A DNA stretch of 64,000 bases from Octopus sinensis. Lineage: Eukaryota. Every line of letters begins with the position of its first letter. Within the stretch, counting starts at the first letter, position 1. The stretch is from positions 27,156,001 to 27,220,000 of the forward strand of contig NC_043012.1 of NCBI RefSeq assembly GCF_006345805.1. The letters run 5' to 3'. A program made the position numbers and the translations under genes. This document shows positions 50,743-63,594 of this stretch, piece by piece. The notes below the pieces were generated by a model. The model did not search any database and was not told the origin of the DNA. It was given only the letters and a program-made list of their open reading frames with translations.

Positions 50743-52660
50743 CTGTTGGATCAGGTAATGAAGGTTACAGAGAGGGTCATAGCCCAACTAATTAGAGAGA
50801 GGGTTAGTTTAGAAAAGATGCAGTTTGGGTTTGTGCCAGGGAAAAGTACCACTGATGCTATATTCCTGGTAAGACAGCTGCAGGAGAAATACCTAGCCAA
50901 AGATAAGCCCCTGTACCTGGAGAAAACCTTTGATAGGGTCCCCCGATCCCTTATCTGGTGGTCAATGAGGAAACTAGGGATAGATGAATGGTTAGTGAGA
51001 GCTGTGCAAGCCATGTACAGGGATGCTGTAAGTAAGGTGAGGGTTGGCAACGAGTACACTGAAGAATTCAGAGTAGAGGTAGGGGTCCACCAAGGTTCAG
51101 TCCTCAGCCCCCTCCTATTTATCATAGTCCTCCAGGCAATAACGGAGGAATTCAAGACAGGTTACCCCTGGGAGTTCCTCTATGCTGATGACCTTGCTCT
51201 AATTGCTGAGTCACTATCAGAACTAGAGGAGAAGTTTCAGGTGTAGAAACAAGGATTAGAATCAAAGGGCCTTAGAGTCAACCTAGCTAAAACCTAAGTC
51301 CTAATAAGTAGGAAGGCAGGCAAACCACAAATCCCTTCAGGTAGATGGCCCTGCTCTGTAGTAGAGGCGTAGGTAGAAACTCTATAAGATGTACCCAGTG
51401 TAAGCTATGGACGCATAAGAGGTGCATTAATATGAAAGGAAGGCTAACGAGGAAGATAGTTTTTGTATGTTGCAGATGATCGGGAGCAATAAACACTGAA
51501 AATGCGCAAAGAACAACTTCCGCCACATTCCAGGGAGAAAAACCAGAAGTAGTTCATAGCCCTCCGTTACCTAGGAGACCAAGTCAGTAGCGGGGGAGGG
51601 TGCACTGAAAGTGTAGCTACTAGAATAAGAATAGCTTGGGCAAGGTTCAGAGAGCTCTTACCTCTGCTGGTGACAAAGGGCCTCTCGCTCAGAGTAAAAG
51701 GTAGACTGTATGATGCATGTGTACGAACAGCCATGCTACATGGCAGTGAAACATGGGCTGTGACTGCTAAAGACATGCATAAGCTCGCAAGGAATGAAGC
51801 CAATATGATTCGATGGATGTGTAATGTCAGTGTGCATACTCGACAGAGTGTAAGTATCTTGAGAGAAATGTTGGCCCTAAGAAGCATCAGATGTGGTGTG
51901 CAAGAGAGACGACTGCGCTGGTATGGTCATGTGGCAAGAATGGATGAGGACAGCTGTGTGAAAAAGTCCCACGCCCTAGCGGTTGAGGGAACCTGTAGAA
52001 GAGGTAGACCCAGGAAAACCTGGGATGAAGTGGTGAAGCATGACCTTCGAACTTTAGGCCTCACCAAAGAAATGACTAGTGACCGAGACTTTTGGAAACA
52101 TGCCGTGCGTGAGAAGACCCGGCAAGCCAAATGAGACCATACTCTCGTGTCCTATGCCAGGGGCGTAACCAGCCCACTTATGCGTACCCTTTCCTTCTTT
52201 GGACACTAAAACGCTGCTTGCAATGACCTGTTGAGGCAAGTGAAATCAAAATCAAATTCAATGACTGGCGTCCATGCTAGCAGGGTGCAAAGAGCACTAT
52301 ACGAGTGTGATCGTTGCCAGAGTGGCTATCAGGCCTCCATGCCAGTGGCACGTAAAAGACACCATTCGAGTGTGATCGTTACCAGCATCGCCTTACTGGC
52401 ACCTGTGCCGGGGGCATGTGTAAAAGATTCAAGCGAGGTCATTGCCAGTACCGCCTGGCTTGCCCCGTGCCGGTGGCATGTAAAAGCACTCACTACACTC
52501 TCGGAGTGGTTGGCGTTAGGAAGAGCATCCAGCTGTAGAAACTCTGCCAGATCAAGATTGAAGCCTGGTGCAGCCATCTGGTTCGCCAGCCCTCAGTGAA
52601 AATCGTCCAACCCATGCTTGCATGGAAGGCGGACGTTAAACGGTGATGATGATGATGATA
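50743..52660 (+). mobile_element. 5'-truncated RTE LINE
   Basis: ORFs 50746-51246 and 51670-52134; distinct 3' UTR subtype; GAT tail. Confidence 0.95.
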
Positions 52661-52959
52661 ATAATAATACACAAGAGTTTTTTATTGCATTGCAATTATA
52701 TTACCAAGTGTACTAAATTGTTGAAGGTAAAGAGATATTTTACCATTAATTTCTAGAGCAATAAGAAACTGAAGGGGATCAATAGGTGGTTCATCAACTT
52801 TTAGACATTATATTATATTAACTTATTTATTTATTTACTAAAATGACAATTACAAAAATATACATACATGTATAACATATCATGCTTTACATATAAAAAT
52901 ATATTTATATATAAAGATACCAGTAATTATTAAAATATAACACAGGAATAGAAATTGGG

Positions 52960-53090
52960 AAAATAACTTACAGGTGTTTCAGCCAAGAGGCAAAATACCT
53001 CATTCTACCTTTATTCCTCCAGTAGACTGAAGTAATAAGTAGATGAAATGGAGGTACTTGGGTGTTGCTCTAGGCTTCATCAGAGATTTT
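52960..53090 (-). ncRNA. Type I hammerhead ribozyme with long stem II (Penelope-type), sense to the host gene
   Basis: aaaatct CTGATGA AGCC..(~100-nt hairpin)..GGCT GAAA C acct GTA agttatttt. All core nucleotides are present. Confidence 0.65.
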
Positions 53091-54030
53091 ATAAAGTACG
53101 TAAGGTTAAGTTATAAATAAATATAAATATAAAATAAATAAAAAATGCACACACATTTAAATACTCATACATATACATATACAGTAGCAGATTCATTCTG
53201 CCCACTCACTCCTCATTGTTTGTTACCCTGTTGTTGTTGCCACAGGTGTTCACTTGATCACTACCACAACCCTCCACCTCCTGATCCTGCAGCTGCAGTC
53301 TCCTCCCAACCTCACCCAACATTTGACTTGACTATGTACTTCACCCCCTTTTCACACAGCCGTCTCTGCTTGCTGGCATCATAAGTAGTTGCAGCAACCT
53401 TGCTGTCCTCCATCACTACTCTGTTGCCTCTTCCTTGTGCCATCATCAGAACTACACATCTTGCATCTCACCCACTGACATAGTTCTTGCCCTGTTCATC
53501 CATGCATGTGACCAGCACAGTTGGAGAGCTGTTTATACAAGAAAGAGAAGCTAGTGAAATCAGTGATGATACTCTGAGCACCACTCTGAGTATAGGTAAT
53601 CAAGTAGCAACCATCAAAATAAAACTTTATCAAAAAAGGAAGCCTAACTCCGTTACTAAAAATAACAGCCAATTCTCTCTCCTGCCCCCCAAAAAAATGG
53701 AGAGACAAGTCTAAAAAAGAGAAAGAAAAAAGGATTGTCATGAAAAGAATATTTTTGACTGGACCTAGCTGGGGATAAACGAATGTCTGTATATTTCTTT
53801 CCATGTCTAATGATGATTCAAGAGGAGTCTTAAAGGTTAACAAACATCATGTGCACTGCACCTCTTCTGAATACCTCATAAAAAAAAATTAGTTTTGATA
53901 TTTCTAAAGTTCATTTTTTCACTTTAATTGGTATAATTTTTAATATGCTTTTGTTCCAAGATTTTAATATTGTTAACAATTACTACAAACTTTGTTTCTG
54001 AAATTTACATGTATGTAAACCAAAACTTAC

Positions 54031-54167
54031 CCCATCATCTAGCTCACTTGAAGTTACAAATGCTAATTTATAATTGGTCAGATGTAGAGCACCAGATACA
54101 CCTTGCTTATAATTCATGAATGAGTTGAATTTTAAAACTTTCTCTATGCTAAAAATGAGCTTCTCTC
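54031..54167 (-). CDS. MTMR10: MTMR10-like exon (137 nt), PH-GRAM domain
   Basis: Acceptor tttttatttcctttacag, donor gtaagt. Translates (G)EKLIFSIEKVLKFNSFMNYKQGVSGALHLTNYKLAFVTSSELDDG, matching the myotubularin GRAM pattern GE...V.K....G..G.L.(C/L)TN(Y/F)K..F. Phase 1 to 0. Confidence 0.9.
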
Positions 54168-54439
54168 CTGTAAAGGAAATAAAAACAGAGTATTAATTAA
54201 CAAACATTACAAATAGATTTACTATTATTCATCTGTCATTCTTTGATGGCACTAAATTTGTTTTGTCCATCTCCTAAGGAACACATAGTTCTTTAGTATG
54301 CTTATTTTAAGGCTTTTTAAAATTACTTTTCTATTTTGACCCCAGTACTTGACTGGTAAAATTAAGTATTGGTCAAATACTGGGATCAAAGTAATCAAAT
54401 GGTCCCTCTCTACAAAATTGATGGCCTTGTGCCAAAATT

Positions 54440-55900
54440 AGAAATATTTTCCCAGTTTTAGAACCTTTTCCATAGTTCTTTAACAGCTTCCACAAAGAGA
54501 ACCAGTACATCAGCATATAAACATTACCAAGAACAATCAGTTATGAAGTCTTGTGTCTCTACCATAATTAACATAAGGATGGAGTGGGGTCAGAGACCTA
54601 GTAAAAATCTATTTGTGCACTAAATACCATGTTGAACTTTCTCCCAGTTATAGTCTGTGTGAACTGCTCTTTCAAGATACCCATTTACAACTAGTTTCTG
54701 AAGCCACCATTAGATTGTTGAGCACAAGTTCTTTCTGAAAAGCCTTGGCTTTTCATTTTGGAAAACAAAAAATTAACTAGTTTATTTTGTTCTTATCTAG
54801 GAACTTTTGCATTGTTTTATCCTATTAAAAATATAGCAGATGTGGTTCAACTTCATGATATAAATGACACAGTACTACAATTCAATTCAAGTATATCTTG
54901 AACTATTTGTACTGAAATCTCAGTTTCCTACTTTCAAGAGTCGGTCGTTAGTTTGAATCCCTTAAAATTATGACCAACTCATAAATGCCTAGTTGCTTTT
55001 GTTTGATACTCTTATGGCACTTTTGATTAACTATACATAGCATTGCGCTTTCAATGTTTCATCAACTATCTCTAATAACCAAATGTTTTTCCAGTTTTCA
55101 TATCCATAAGATAGTAACCATACTGTGCCTCCTGCTGGCTCCACTTTGTATAGTGTCTCATTATACCACTAACACTTCTCATTCAACAAACTCTCATACA
55201 AACAATTCCATACCATTTCTCACTGTTACTGGCAGCAAGTGCATTAGTGTCATTTCAAATATTTTTCCTCAAAACTATCCTGATTTACACAGACACACTC
55301 CAAACAATTTGCAGCATTTCATAACTTACACAGTCAAAGCACAAACTTCTAGCTTTTAGCTCCTCTCCTGGCTAGATATACTTAATGTCTTCTTGTTCTT
55401 GATATCATTCCTTGTTCTGCATTTTCCTTCTTTTCACTATTTTGAAGAATATCACTTCACTTCTGTAGCTCTATTGATTGTAATTATACCATTATATTGC
55501 TGCCATTTGTCTGCTGGATCTTGTTCTCGCCACAGAGCTAATCAGAAGATTGCAGCTAGATGTACTTTAGGAATGTTCTACAGTTCTCTGTTACAGTTCT
55601 TTATTCTCTACTTCTCACCAGAATAGTACTGTTTGGAAATTTTGAATAACAGGGATATTTTAACCTTCATCAACTACTTATTTACCTCCAAGTCTTTCTC
55701 ATCCTCAACCAAAAGTTACTAACCACTAATCTAAGTTGAGTGTACAAATATTTGCATCTACTTGCATTGTCTATTACATCAGATCTAACTTCTTTATACC
55801 AACATTGACAACAGAGTAACTGAAATTAAAATCTGCTAAATAAGACAGTTGTGATTAAGGTAGGACTGCTTGATGTTATTGAGGTGCTATTATCTGCTAG
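54440..55900 (-). mobile_element. Very old RTE remnant
   Basis: Minus-strand 'YADVLVLFVEAV' near 54485-54520 and a remnant resembling the CTPQHRLVV segment near 55715-55746. Confidence 0.55.
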
Positions 55901-57039
55901 CATATTCAGGAACAGTTGTTGTTATGATTTGATAAATGGTTTATGTACAGTAATTTACAACCAAATACCTCTGTACATATATTTAGTACTATCAACATGA
56001 AAGAGGCTGATTTAGAAGACTAAGGGATTTATTTACTGGATTTCAGTTTTAGTTCAAAGTAGTTTTATAGTCTTTACACTAGTGTGTTTACACTATTGTG
56101 GTTTATAGTCTTTACACTAGTGTGTCTCTTTGAATTACTCAGTTTCCAAGAGAATAAACCTCCTTACAACTGTTGTGGTTGCTAGTCACTGAAATAGTGT
56201 AGGTGGAAAACTGAGAGGCTTTTGAGGTAGGTAGATCATACACCTACAGCTCAATAGAAAAGAAAGATCAAAATAATAAATGTAGCCTAAAGGTGGGAAA
56301 ATAGGGAAATACTAAAGTACAAATTTAGCAACACATTGTGAAATTTGAGCCAGTGAAGAACGGTCACTCTGTTGCTAAAAGTAACTGCAAAATCTCCTTC
56401 ACAAGTCAGATAAACAGAAAAAATAATCTTGGATGGAACACTTTTTGACTAGGTTTATATGAGGAGTTAAACAATAACAAATGGAGTTTAATTATTAGAA
56501 TGAAAGAAACAGAAATTCATGGTTTTCTTTGAAGTAAATAATGAAGTAACAAATGTAATTTACAATAAAGAAACAAATCAATGAAACATTTATTCAGGTT
56601 TTCTACTACTCAGCATTATTTTAAAAAAATTTTTTAATCATAAATATTAAACTGGTTATGCACTAAACTTTAATCTTTTCCATGTAAAGATAATCATAAA
56701 GTTTCTAACAGTACATAAAAGAAATAATTTTAGAACAATACTACAAGAGAAGAAATAGTTACAACAATAGTGGTAATAGTTTTATAACAAAACATTATAA
56801 TAAAAGCTATTGAAAAGAAAGTTAAGTAGATTAAGAATATTTGCCACTATTGCTGAATGTAGCATCCACAGTTCGCTTTACAGTAGATTTAACATTCAAT
56901 GATAGTATGAACTTCACCACACAGTAAAAAAAAAAATTTTTTAAAAAAAGGAAAGAAAGAAACAAGAAAAAGAAGGTATCACAGGGTGAAGGAGACTCTT
57001 TGGTATTGTTAAAAGTAAACTCCCTAGTGCTGATACTAC

Positions 57040-57300
57040 AATAAAATACACCCAGTTCACTCAGGAAAGCAGCTGTGGATAGGAAGGACATGCATCTGTA
57101 AAAACCATGCTAATGTAAGAAACAGAGGTGATGGAAGAGAGAGCTCTTTAATTTTGTCAACAACCCCACCTCTTGTACAGGAAACCGAGGATGGCTTTTC
57201 TTTGTTGCAATGTAACATGACAATGGACAACAAGAAGTAACAATATACTTGAGAGTATCTCATCCATGCCAGCATTAAAAGCTGGATGCAAAATGATGAT
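57040..57300 (+). mobile_element. Decayed RTE-tail SINE
   Basis: aggaaggacatgcatctgtaaaaaccatgc ... catccatgccagcat ... gatgat. Confidence 0.5.
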
Positions 57301-57612
57301 TCAGGCTTTCGAAAATTATAGAAGAACTAAAGAGGAGACTTAAAAAACAGAAACAAGAAACAGATTGATGAGGGATGAAAGAAATTCTAAGTGACAACAA
57401 ATCAATAGTATAATTGAATCAAAACATAAAATTTGTGTTCAGAATTTACATTACCTATACAGAATTACTTTGAAAATACAAAACATGAGATATATCACAA
57501 ATTTAACTAAAAGAATATAACTAGAGGCAAGTCCAACTCATCAAAAAGTGAAAATATTTTACTGAGTCAGGACACGTTTTGACAACCTTTTCCTCTTCAA
57601 TGAACTAGATAT

Positions 57613-60320
57613 GTTAGTTAGTTAGTTAGTTAATTTGGCTCAAAAGCAAATAGCAAGGCCATGTAGGGGGACATGGAGTTAAGTACAGGGTGGTGTTCAT
57701 GTAAAGAGTTCAGGCCACTTGAGGTCAAGGGAGGCTTTGAACAAAGCGGTCGTCGGCATCTTCACCATCTCGTCTGGCAGCTTGTTCCACGGATCCGCAA
57801 CCTGGACGGAGAAAGCTCCTCTCCTTCGATTGAGATGAAATCGTCGCAGGTAGAGCTTTTCGGAATGACCCCGCAGCCGACGCTCTGGAGCAGGAGTGAA
57901 GAACAGCTCTTTCGAGAGGTTACACTTTCCGCTTATGATGTTGTGGGCGAGAATGAGATCACCACGGCGGCGGCGTTTTTCAAGAGAATAAAGGTCGAGC
58001 GTCCTCAGCCTTTCTTCGTAGGACAAATTTTTGAGACCATGAACCATGCGGGTAGCCAGCTTCTGGACTCTTTCGAGATGCTGTATGTCTTTGAGGAGAT
58101 AAGGAGAAGAGGCTTGAATCCCATACTCCAATATGGGTCTCACCAGCGTGACATAGAGTGGTAGGAATATGGCTGCTGTGAGCATTCCGAATGAACGTCG
58201 AATCAAGAACAGAATTCCGTGTGCTTTGTTGGTAGCATGGACGCACTGGGCCGAAGGCGAAAAGGAGGAATCCACCAAGATACCTAGGTCCTTTACCTGA
58301 TCGGTCCTCTCCAGCAGCAGACGACCCGGCTCGAAATCAAGTTGAGTTGCAGGAGTAGAGCCTACAGGCAGATGAAAGCACTTTGACACGTTCAGACACA
58401 GGTCCCAATTGTTAGACCACTTCCAAATTTGGTGGAGGCATCAACGAAGATCCTCTATATTACCGCGAGGAGCGACCAGTTTGATATCGTCGGCAAATAG
58501 AAGAGTGTGTTGCGTGAGGTCGTCGGGCAAGTCATTTATGAAGACTAAGAACCACAAGGGCCCAAGCACTGAACCTTGAGGCACGCCACTGCTCGCACTG
58601 GAGACGTCGGACCACGAACCATTAACTTGGACTTGGAAGGAGCGATCTGAGAGGAAGGCACCAACCCATCGTACAATATCCGGATGGAAACTATATGCTT
58701 GAAGCTTGACAAGCAATAGGCGGTGGTTTACCGAGTCAAAAGCTTTGGCAAAGTCCAGTAAAACGATGTCAACAGCATCACTATCATCGAGGATGCGCGT
58801 CACCAATTCTTCCATTACTAGTAGGTTGGTCAAGCATGATCTCTTCGGCACGAAGCCGTGTTGGGAATCAGAGATAGAGGCTGTGTTTAGGAGGTGGAGC
58901 ATCATACTTTTCTTAAGGATGGTTTCGAACATCTTGCTGATAATTGATGTACGGGAAACCGGTCGGTAGTTAAGCGGGTCTTCGCAGCTCCCTTTCTTGA
59001 AAATTGGGCAGATTATCGCTGTTCTCCAGTCTGCAGGTATAACACCCGTCGCCAATGACATATTGAATAGTCGTGTTAAGGGCTCGCAGATGACCAGAGC
59101 CAACGCTTTGATAACCGTGGGTGTATGCCGTCAGGGCCGTGACCTTTGTTGACATCGAGGCCTTGAATAACACGTTTGACTTCGTCCCGCGTGATGACCA
59201 ATCGAAGCATTGGAGGTACCGGTCTATTAAATGGAGGGGGTTCACGACCATCATCTTGTTTGAAAATAGTTGAAAAAGCCTCGGCAAATAATTGACTCTG
59301 TTGATAAGGGTCCTCAATCGATACGCCTGTTGAGTCTACCAACGTTGCAATCTGGTTGTTCAAGCGGGAATTCCGCTGGACATGGGCAAAGAAGGTTTTT
59401 GGATTGCTACTGGCATTTGCCGCGATTTTGTATTCGTAACTGAAGCGTTCTTTCTTTTCAATTTTCACGGCTCGGTCTCGTTGAGTTTTGTACACCTCAA
59501 AAGCTGCAGTCGAATCCAGATTTTTGAATTCAGCCCAAGCAATATCTCTGAGTCGACGTTCTCGTTTAACCCTCTTCGTCACCCAGGGCTTGTGTTTCTT
59601 CCTCTTGGGGAGCCCAACGGGAACTGCCTGGTCAGTCAAACAGATTACATATGCTTTGAGGGATGACCATAGTTCGTCAACTGAGGACAACGTCATCAGG
59701 GGTTGCCAGTCCAGAAGCGCGGAAGCCTCGGTTAGAATTTCAAGATTAATTGCAGAGAAGACTCTACATGGCAGCGAAGTAGTCGTGGGCGTAGAAAAAG
59801 TTGTGTGCATGACGAACTTCAGGACCGCATGATCACTCTTGGCAAGAGGGGCGCACACAGATACGTCTGACACTGATCTTGGATAGCGGGAGAATACCAG
59901 ATCTAGCATAGATGGCTGCTGCCCAGACCGATGCCTTGTCGGATATTCAACATGTTGCGATAGAAAACAATCTTCAGCCACGTCAAGAAGGGCCTGGCCG
60001 AACCGGGAAGATGTTGTACAAATTGATGCAGGCCAATCGATCGTGGGAGCGTTGAAGTCTCCTAGTACCAAACAGTCATGCGAAGCTGAAACGAATCTTA
60101 TCGCTTCGAGTAAATGAGCATCGTCCTGGGGATCGGCAAGAGGCGGCCTGTAGACAGCCAACACGGGCAGGCAAAACTCAGATAGGCTCAGCTTGCAATA
60201 GACGGCATCGAATTTTGTTGTAGGCTGAGCATTAGTGGGTAGAATACCGCTGGACGGTTTGTGCTCAGACTTAACATACACAGCAACACCTCCACCTCAC
60301 CTTTTTCCTCTGTCACATCT
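57613..60320 (-). mobile_element. Young CR1-group LINE, 5'-truncated within EN; ORF2 broken by few lesions; (TAAC)n tail
   Basis: 'GGGVAVYV', 'VYRPP', 'LGDFNAP', 'SDHAVL', 'GPDGIHP', 'NYRPVS', 'QHGFVP', 'LDFAKAFDSV', 'GVPQGSVLGP', 'LFADD', 'LEKRRRRGDLI'. One frameshift at about 59100 and stops at about 58441 and 60297. Confidence 0.95.
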
Positions 60321-61343
60321 ATATATATCTAGTTCATTGAAGAGGAAGAGATTGTACCGGTGAATATTGCTGCTAGCCTTCTGTCAGTAGTGGGACCAAT
60401 GAAACTTATGTTCAGTTTGAACATCTATAAGTCAATACATGAAGGAAAAACATGGGCAGGAATGGATTGCCAGAGGGTTAATATGTATGGGTAGGAAAAA
60501 GGAATAATGCAGGGTCTGCTCAGTGAAACATAGCTGGAGAATGAACTATGAGAGTGATGTGAGATCTCTGGTGGAGGTTGTATGCAAACTAGCTAGTTCA
60601 GAGATGCACAGGTTGTTGTAGCAATAATAAAATAGGCAGATAGAGAAGTCAACCCATCCGTGCACCAAAGATTGGGTTGATGAGCGAGTTGTTCCCAACC
60701 CCTTTGGATAGCTTTCTTTTTGATACAATCTAGGATGTTTGTCTGCATTACTGCAGCTTTATTACAGATATTAGTACAATATGCTATTGTGGGTTGTTTT
60801 CTTTGCACTTTGTAGAATGTCAGCAATTGATCAAAGCTGAAATACTCTATAGCTCTGAAGAAAAAGTATCCAATTTAGTATAGCTCAAATTACATACCAA
60901 AAGTTGGGGATCATAAGAAAGGATAATCAATGGATTGTGAACATGAGAAGACCGAATGTGGTGCAGATAAGATAAACAGTAATGTTATGTGTACAATAAA
61001 AGAATATTTGATTACAATAAAAGTGATATGAATGAATTGGCTAAGTATTCAGTAAATACACAAGATAAGCAGAAACTGGAATATGTGAAATTGTCAAGTA
61101 ATATGAATTTATTTATAAATTGGAAATATTAAATCTTGTTCATCAACAAAATGAGTTAGATGGTATAATGAAAGTCAGAGGCGAGAAAATCATATGAATT
61201 AACTTGCCAAGCTGTAACTAATGTCCAAAAAATTATAGATTCTGATTAAGGGGAAATAAAACAGATAGCTAGTCATGTCTTATAACTTTTTATATAACAA
61301 AACATGACGATAATAACACTGATAAAACAGAAAAAATTACAAC

Positions 61344-61404
61344 CTGATAAGAGTTTTGGTTGAAGATTAGTGTTAGGATTTAACTGCATTTCTCCATGTT
61401 CATT
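61344..61404 (-). CDS. MTMR10: MTMR10/11/12-like myotubularin-related pseudophosphatase, internal exon (61 nt)
   Basis: Acceptor tttgtttccttttttcag, donor gttgta. Translates NEHGEMQLNPNTNLQPKLLS+G (phase 0 to 1), similar to the recalled MTMR10 'LEPVLLPGE' entry into PH-GRAM; joins in frame to the next exon. Confidence 0.8.
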
Positions 61405-62689
61405 CTGAAAAAAGGAAACAAAAAGACAGTAATACTAGTTATTTTATTCAAGAAGAGAAACACACCATAGTTGAGAAAAAATACAATTTTGTAGCATTTA
61501 TGTCTTTTTAAAATAAAAAAAAACCTTAGTGCTATCTCTTCTAAGCCTTGTCAATTTTGTCACATTTATACAATATGTTTGTTGTTGAAGATGATATTCT
61601 TCAGTGTTTCAAGTAAAAAGATAATGGACGTTATTTTCAGTACTTTTGTTTGGAGCTGGTTGCAGTAGTTTTGAAGTTGCACAGCTGTAACTGGGTAATG
61701 GTAGAAAGAGGTAACTGTGACATTGGCCTAAATAAACAAATAACCTACAAGAATACTTATGATTGATGTTCTAGCTATGATCATACATCTTTCATTCACA
61801 CAGTTACTTAGGGATGATACCCATATCCTTCCTTTTTAAGATTGTGAAATGTGCGGTGAGAGAGATTTGAATGCTATTTCTAGTAGGCTTATCAACCATT
61901 TACAAAGTCCTTGGTTGTATGTCATCTGCATTTAATGCTATGTCTAAGTTTTATTTGGGTGTAGGTAGAAGTTTTTAAAAAAATGGGTGAAAAGACAGAC
62001 CTTTCAATGCACCATTTCAGAAAGTGAATTCTAAGTGTGGTGTTGTGCATCAATTTCAGAGACAGTTTACTATTTATCCTTAGTATTGTGTTTAAAAGAA
62101 ATGCTTAATATTTCATTTATAAGTGGGTAACAAACAAGGAATAATGAACCAGAAAATCTTCTTAAAAAAAGTTATGTACTGAAACTTAAATGGGCTGGTG
62201 TTATATTGGATCATCAATATTGGCAAGATTGTCTTAATAGAGTCAGAGCCCCTTCTGTTCCAAGCAAGTTTAGCTATATTTTCAAGTGGTTACACTCATG
62301 GATAACCAGCCTTCATGTATCACTGTAGAGGCCATATTACTAAAATTAATAATCTCTGTTGTTTTACTAGAGAGGAAATGATGAAGAGCAAAAGAACAGA
62401 AAAGAGCAGGAAAATGAACTAAAAAAAAAAAGTATTACAACTCTCTTTCTGTCATGACTCACTCAGAATTCTTCAACACCCTCATCTATTACATTTACTG
62501 TCTATTTGCCCTCATACTTCCATCCACACATAATGAAGGACAGTCCTTTAATCCCTACACAATCCACCTTATCACCTTTCTACACTATCCTCTCATTTTT
62601 TTAATAACCTCTGATACTAATCTCTTCCTTTTCCTTTGTTCCCTGTCATTCTCCCTATCCCAGTTAGTGCCTATTCTGCTACTCTCTCC

Positions 62690-62865
62690 ACAAGTGCTGG
62701 TGCCTTGCAAAAGGTAACCATGACACTCTGTAAAGTGGTTGGCATTAAGGACATCTAGTTGTAGAAACCATGTCAAAACAGTGGGGCATGTCACTTATCA
62801 GATCCTGTCGAACCGTCAAATCCATACTAGCATGGTAGATGTTCAATATATGATGGTGATGATAA
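62690..62865 (+). mobile_element. RTE 3' tail fragment
   Basis: ctctgtaaagtggttggcattaagg...gtagaaaccatg...catactagcatgg...gatgat. Confidence 0.65.
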
Positions 62866-63594
62866 TGTTTTTACTTGTGAAGAGATTGTAAAAATTGGTA
62901 GATTTGTAGAAAAGATTTAATGTAAGTAGTCATTTGTGATGAAAATGTTATGAATGCATGGTTGTTAATTAATTGCATAGCAATAACTAGAAAACAGATA
63001 CACTCAAAACATGATAATGGAAAAGATGTTGGTAATAAATTGAATGCAATTAGTGACATGGACATACAAACATAACAAAGAAACTGTTTTGCAATTTTTT
63101 CATTATGAAATTTCAAGTAAGCTGAATTAATCTCATCAGAAATCAGTGTATCCAGGATAGACTAATTTCATCAACACATGTAGGAACAAAGTTAACTGCT
63201 CCCTTTCTTCCACATACAAATTAGCTTGCTGAGCAATTACAACTCAATGGAAAAAGTTGAAAAAACATTCAACAGGTTTCATGTCAAAACCTAAAGATAT
63301 TTTTGGTCCAAGCCACTTGATAAAAAATCAAACAAATCAAAGTCAGGTAGTTTGTATGTGCATAGAAGGAATACATAAATTGCTCTGGTTATCATCTCCA
63401 AAACCTTATCTGCTATTAATTCATTGATTAAATCATCAAACATATTGTCACTCAAAGAATGATTGGTGACTCATTTTTTGAAGAAACTATTTGAAACAAA
63501 ATTCCCAAAACAAGAGGCCATAAACATTACTAATGTAAATAATAAGTTACAAGAGGTAAATATATATGAGAGAAGAGATCAAAGTTTTCTTTAG

